DNA of 64,000 nucleotides from Macrostomum hystrix. Taxonomy: Eukaryota > Animalia > Platyhelminthes. The stretch covers positions 14,446,001-14,510,000 of the forward strand of contig CATNEN010000001.1 of assembly GCA_950097015.1 (NCBI GenBank), written 5' to 3'. Positions within the stretch are counted from its first letter, which is position 1. Each line of letters opens with the position of its first letter. The position numbers and the translations under genes are program-made. Shown here in pieces: positions 59,430 through 64,000 of this stretch. Under the pieces are notes generated by a model, which saw nothing but the letters and a program-made list of their open reading frames with translations, was not told the DNA's origin and made no database searches.

Positions 59430-60060
59430 TTATTAGGTGGGTCATTACTAGGGATTTTAGGAGGGTCATTACTCGGTATTTCGGGTGGGTCATTTCTAGG
59501 GATTTTAAGTGGTTCATTACTAGTTGTTAGGCGGGTCATTACTAGTTGTTAGTAAGGTCTTTACTAGTTGTTAGGAAGGTCATTACTAGTTGTTAGGAAG
59601 GTCATTACTAGTTGTTAGGCGGGTCATTACTAGTTGTTATTTGGGTCGTTACTAGTTGTTAGGTGGGTCATTACTAGTTGTTAGGAAGGTCATTACTAGT
59701 TGTTAGGTGGGTCATTACTAGTTGTTAGGTGGGTCATTACTAGTTGTTAGGTGGGTCATTACTAGTTGTTAGGAAGGTCATTACTAGTTGTTAGGAAGGT
59801 CATTACTAGTTGTTAGGTGGGTCATTACTAGTTGTTAGGAAGGTCATTACTAGTTGTTAGGTGGGTCATTACTAGTTGTTAGGTGGGTCATTACTAGTTG
59901 TTAGTAAGGTTATTACTAGTTGTTAGGCGGGTCATTAATAGTTGTTAGTAAGGTCATTACTAGTTGTTAGGAGGGTCATTACTAGTTATTATTTGGGCCG
60001 TTACTGGTTATTAAGTGGGTCATTACTAGTGATTTTAGGCGGTTCATTAGTATACTGGTT
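59430..60060. repeat. 22-bp minisatellite (ttactagttgttaggtgggtca)n, same family as 57830-58545
   Basis: Visible directly. Confidence 0.93.
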
Positions 60061-60095
60061 ATTATTATAGTAATTATTATTTAGCAGCTGGGTCA

Positions 60096-60965
60096 TTACT
60101 GATCAAAAAGGTGGCTTCTGCGTTCCTCTTCAGGATTTTGAAAGCCTCTTGTTTTCGTACTCCGGTTTTCGGGGTAGTCAACAAAGACCAAAGAACAAAG
60201 AACAAAGTACAAGATAGTGCAAGTACGAACCGAAAACCCAGCTCCGAAGTGGACAAACTTTTCAGTTGGCGCCTTTTCGCCGCCGTCGTTGCAACTACCA
60301 TTGGCAAATTGATTGGGTCTGAAAATTATTTCCATGGCGATCGAATTTTAAATAGTCAGTCAGTCAGTCAGTCAGTCAGTCAGTCAGTCAGTCAGTCAGT
60401 CAGTCAGTCAGTCAGTCAGTCAGTCAGTCAGTCAGTCAGTCATTCAGTCAGTCAGTCAGTCAGTCAGTCAGTCAGTCAGTCAGTCAGTCAGTCAGTCAGT
60501 CAGTCAGTCAGTCAGTCAGTCAGTCAGTCAGTCAGTCAGTCAGTCAGTCAGTCAGTCAGTCAGTCAGTCAGTCAGTCAGTCAGTCAGTCAGTCAGTCAGT
60601 CAGTCAGTCAGTCAGTCAGTCAGTCAGTCAGTCAGTCAGTCAGTCAGTCAGTCAGTCAGTCAGTCAGTCAGTCAGTCAGTCAGTCAGCCAGTCAGTCAGC
60701 CAGCCAGTCAGTCAGCCAGTCAGTCAGTCAGTCAGTCAGTCAGCCAGTCAGTCAGTCAGTCAGTCAGTCACCTCTTTCCCGGAAAGTATACATCCAAAGG
60801 AGTCACAGGTCGACCATTGACCGTCGCAGCAGTTGGAGCTGCAACATTGGATCTGCGGCCATAGACAACAAACGGAAGGGGCTCAACTCGAGTGCTGGAC
60901 TTTCCGTCGCTGGTCTTAGTCTCGACAACTCGCATCAGATTGCTGCACACTGAAGCCTCCGACAT
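60096..60965 (-). CDS. Candidate small spliced gene of unknown function; exons 60965-60772 and 60318-60096
   Basis: ATG-initiated 65-aa ORF ends at AG|GTGACT; the intron is a microsatellite; TTTTCAG acceptor restores frame into ORF 60096-60335; no recognised homology. Confidence 0.3.
60354..60770. repeat. (CAGT)n microsatellite, about 104 units
   Basis: Visible directly. Confidence 0.98.
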
Positions 60966-61730
60966 GCTTAGAATTGAATGTGCGTTTTCTTGGTTGATGA
61001 TGTCAAAATGAATCCAGCGAAATGCTTGTGTTCGTTTTACACCGTGCTAAGACGATGAAGTTTATGTAGAGTTTTCTTTTGAGACTGCCCCGAGACTATT
61101 ATCCAATCTGAAGCTAGATGGACTGTGGACGGGTGGAGAAGCTGCAGTTTTGAGCACTTTTAATTAGTACTAAAAAATTCTGGCTGGAAGCAGGGACAGA
61201 GAGCTCAGTAATTGGAGTACCCTAACCCAGTCCAGTGTAGTGTGCCAATTGCAGGTGGAAATTTTGCTCTTTCGGAGTCGCGCGGTGTAACGCTAGACCA
61301 GCTGCAGTCCAGTCATTTTTACCGTTAGAATTGCTCAGAGGCAAGCTGAGTATAGCTGCGATGTCGAAGGAGAGACAGTTTAGGAGGCGCATCAAGTTTT
61401 AAATTGCTGCTTTAGAACGCTTGCTTGGAGAAAAAAAGTTGCTGACAGACAGACAATTGAGTCTGCGCGTGGAAGGGAGACGCTGTACGGCGTGAGCTGA
61501 GTCTATAGTATAGCCTACAGAATAGAACCATAAAAACTGCAGCCATGCATTTGCACTTTTACTATGCCAGACAGAGGAAGCAACGCTAGAGTAGATGCGT
61601 GATGCTCATTGGTCCACGAATAATAATTTTGGGAATAATTATAAAACTAAGGTGACTTTGAATAAGAAGCTGATATATATTTCTTATCCTCTAGAAAATT
61701 TAATTTGAGTAGGTCAAACTACTTGTACTA

Positions 61731-62058
61731 TAAATAATTGCAGGAGGGCTGCGGGCAATGGCACATCATTTGGTGGCACTATAGACCCGCAGCCAGCGAG
61801 GAGGCAATTCTGCCCATTACGCCGACCCTGAGCACACGCTCACACAGGTGTGTACATCTGCCCTGACTTTCTCATCGTCAGGCAGTGTACATTTAACTGT
61901 GCCTTGGAGGTTGGCCCTTAAGGGCGTAAATTGCACGACAAGCCCCCAAGCCTTCTCTCCGCGGCTGCGCCCCAAATAAATGTGGCCTCGCCGTGGAATC
62001 GAACTTAGGGACCGTGGTACGAGAGGCAAACGCGATAACCGCTCTGCCACCGACCCCC
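61731..62058 (-). mobile_element. SINE family A, most complete copy (about 330 bp)
   Basis: Minus strand: ggggtcggtggcagagcggtt (A-box), agttcgattcc (B-box), body, ctcctgcaattattt tail. Confidence 0.88.
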
Positions 62059-62689
62059 GTCAAACTACTGTAATTTACTTTGGACTTCTGACGAAACAAG
62101 TTGAGTTCGTAGGCTAATACGCTTAAGCCACCGATTTCAAGAAACAAAAGTGCTAAAACTGTTAGTATGTTATTTTCACTTTTAATATCTAATTTTCCAT
62201 TCTTAGATATTCCAAAAGTTTCGGTAATTTTTTCTCGTAAACTTATTGCTGATCAATCTATCAAAAAACAGCACAAATTGACGGTGTGAGCCTAAAAAGC
62301 AAAGAAACGCATTCTCCTACTCATTTTCAGTAGTCTAAAATGCATTTTTTCGAAATTTTAGAAAATTCGTCTAACTCACAAAATAGGAAGGACGCAACAC
62401 GAATTGAACAGCCGAAGACGAAACTAAAATATTCTGGAAAGCAGATAAATTTTTACTCGCAGCCAGAAAGAAAGCCAGAGCATACTGTGCGAGAGTACAC
62501 AGTACACAGGAGGTTTAAAAACCAACAGAGCTCGACCTTCGTTGCATAAGCCACGCACACTCGAGATGCTAATCAGAAGGGACGTTAAGTACATCGTACT
62601 CCTTTTTCATCGAAAATCATAAAATCTTTTTTCAGCAGGCTTATAATTTTCCGAAGCAAACTAAAGAATGATAACTACAATGTACAAAG

Positions 62690-64000
62690 TTACAGACTGT
62701 CCTCATTTAGAAATCCCATCTTCAGCAACTCCTCGGCGGACTGTCTCATCCTGCGGTCTCGGGCGGTGCAGCAGCTGTAGAAGTCCTGCAGAGCTGCTGA
62801 GTAACCGGCCGGGAACTCCGGGGCGCCTAGCTCCTCCAGCCGCTTGGCCATTTGGAAAAAGTTTCTGGCCTTTGCATACGGCCTCTCACCCGAGGCCATC
62901 TGGAACACAGTGCAGCCAAAGGCCCACACGTCTGACTCTCTGCTGTACATCACGCTGTCTGTCTCATCGGGTGCCAGCAGCTCTGGCGCCATGAAGTTCA
63001 GAGTGCCCTGTGGTGTGGCAGCGGAGGCTGAGAAGTGGCTGACTGACTGTTCCAGCTTGATTGACAGGCCGAAGTCGATCACCTTGATTCGCCTGCTGTC
63101 GGAGAGCACCATGATGTTGCTGCAGTTGATGTCTCTGTGGATCACTGGCGGCTGTCGGCTGTGCATGTAGTGCAGAGCGCTGCAGATCTGTAGGGAGAGT
63201 GAGGGTGATGTGCACTCAAAATTACAAAGTGAGAAATTCGCGGATTTACGGGTGTTACCTGCTTGCAAAACTTTCGCATAGTCGCTTCATCCAGCGGCTT
63301 CGAGTCGAGAAATCTCTCCAGACTGCGGCCATCCAGCAGCTCCATGAGCAGCACGACTGTGACAGATTCTGGCTGAGCGATGATGTGCAAGAATCTGACA
63401 ATGTTTTCGTGGCTGAGTAGGCACAGGTTCTTCTCACTCTCAACTGCTCTGTTGATTTTCAGCATCTTCGAATGGTCCAGCTGATCACCTGGGTGCATTG
63501 GCAGTTTGATTGTTTTTGCAGCGCACCTGATGCCCTTGTCTGTGAGCACTTCGTGGACTTCACCGAAGCCTCCCCTGCCGATAAACTTGACGGAGTCCCA
63601 TCGCAAAAAAAATGGCGGACTGGAAGGTCGCTGACTGAAAGATTCAAAAGCTCAAAATTCAGGAATATCTTGCTTTGGACTTTATTGAAGCTTTTTTTTA
63701 AATGAACTCACTTGCCATGCGGCTGAGCTGGGGGCATCGGATGTGGAGGAGCAGTGAGCAGCTGCTGCTTGCTGGACATCCATGCCCGCTTGCCGAACTT
63801 CCTGCTGGCAGCTGAGTCCTGCTCCACCATGTCAGCCAGGGTCTGGCCTGCCTTGTTTTCCAAGCTGAACATCCGTGGTCCGATGTGCTCAAACAGGAAC
63901 TGAAGCGAGTCAGCCGACTGACACAATGCAGCGAAATGCACGGCCGTGTCTCCGTTGTTGTCAGGAACTGTCAGGCAGTCGCCGCCGAGCTCCTTCGCAA
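62690..64000 (-). CDS. Ankyrin-repeat Ser/Thr-type protein kinase (STE/MAP3K-like domain), 5' part outside the window; exons >64000-63712, 63634-63259, 63187-62690
   Basis: Ankyrin DNNGDTAVHFAA and ENKAGQTL; kinase IGRGGFGEV, CAAKTI, HENIVRF, HRDINCSN, DFG, GTLNFMAPE, SDVWAFG; introns GT-AG in phases 2 and 0. Confidence 0.92.

Noticed and set aside
60111-60953. 280-aa ORF with SQSV repeats
   Set aside because: Length is due to the stop-free frame of (CAGT)n; it starts at GTG and has no domain
61985-62058. Possible tRNA genes at A/B-box motifs (also 2407, 7958, 10190, 43488)
   Set aside because: No complete cloverleaf or acceptor stem; each continues into a shared SINE body

Overview
Eukaryotic (metazoan) genomic DNA with spliced genes and GT-AG introns. 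The dense 10-36 bp minisatellites and polyQ-rich exons resemble a free-living flatworm such as Macrostomum, but that assignment is inference only. Protein-coding content reconstructed by hand from splice sites and reading phase: the 3' end of an unknown CDS; a 4-exon class A peptide-type GPCR (+, 3448-15092) whose 8.2-kb first intron holds an antisense intronless WH1/EVH1 + CRIB-like gene; a 7-exon PX-SH3-RhoGAP of the ARHGAP32/33 type (-); an LKAAEAR1-like gene (+); a 7-exon ABCG1/4-type half transporter (-); two tandem intronless single-BIR IAP-like genes (+); and the 3' part of an ankyrin-repeat protein kinase (-). Roughly a third of the window is tandem repeat, mostly inside introns. Two tRNA-headed SINE families, a decayed Merlin (IS1016/IS1595-like) transposase and a Merlin-type MITE are also present. 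Most notable: a 34-bp intronic minisatellite built from canonical 5' and 3' splice-site motifs; a SINE tail that appears to supply a splice acceptor; a sharply bounded near-identical tract between the IAP paralogs plus a stop codon inside still-homologous sequence; CpG decay confined to the Merlin relic; and non-canonical signature motifs in the GPCR (HRM for DRY) and kinase (HRDIN for HRDxK).
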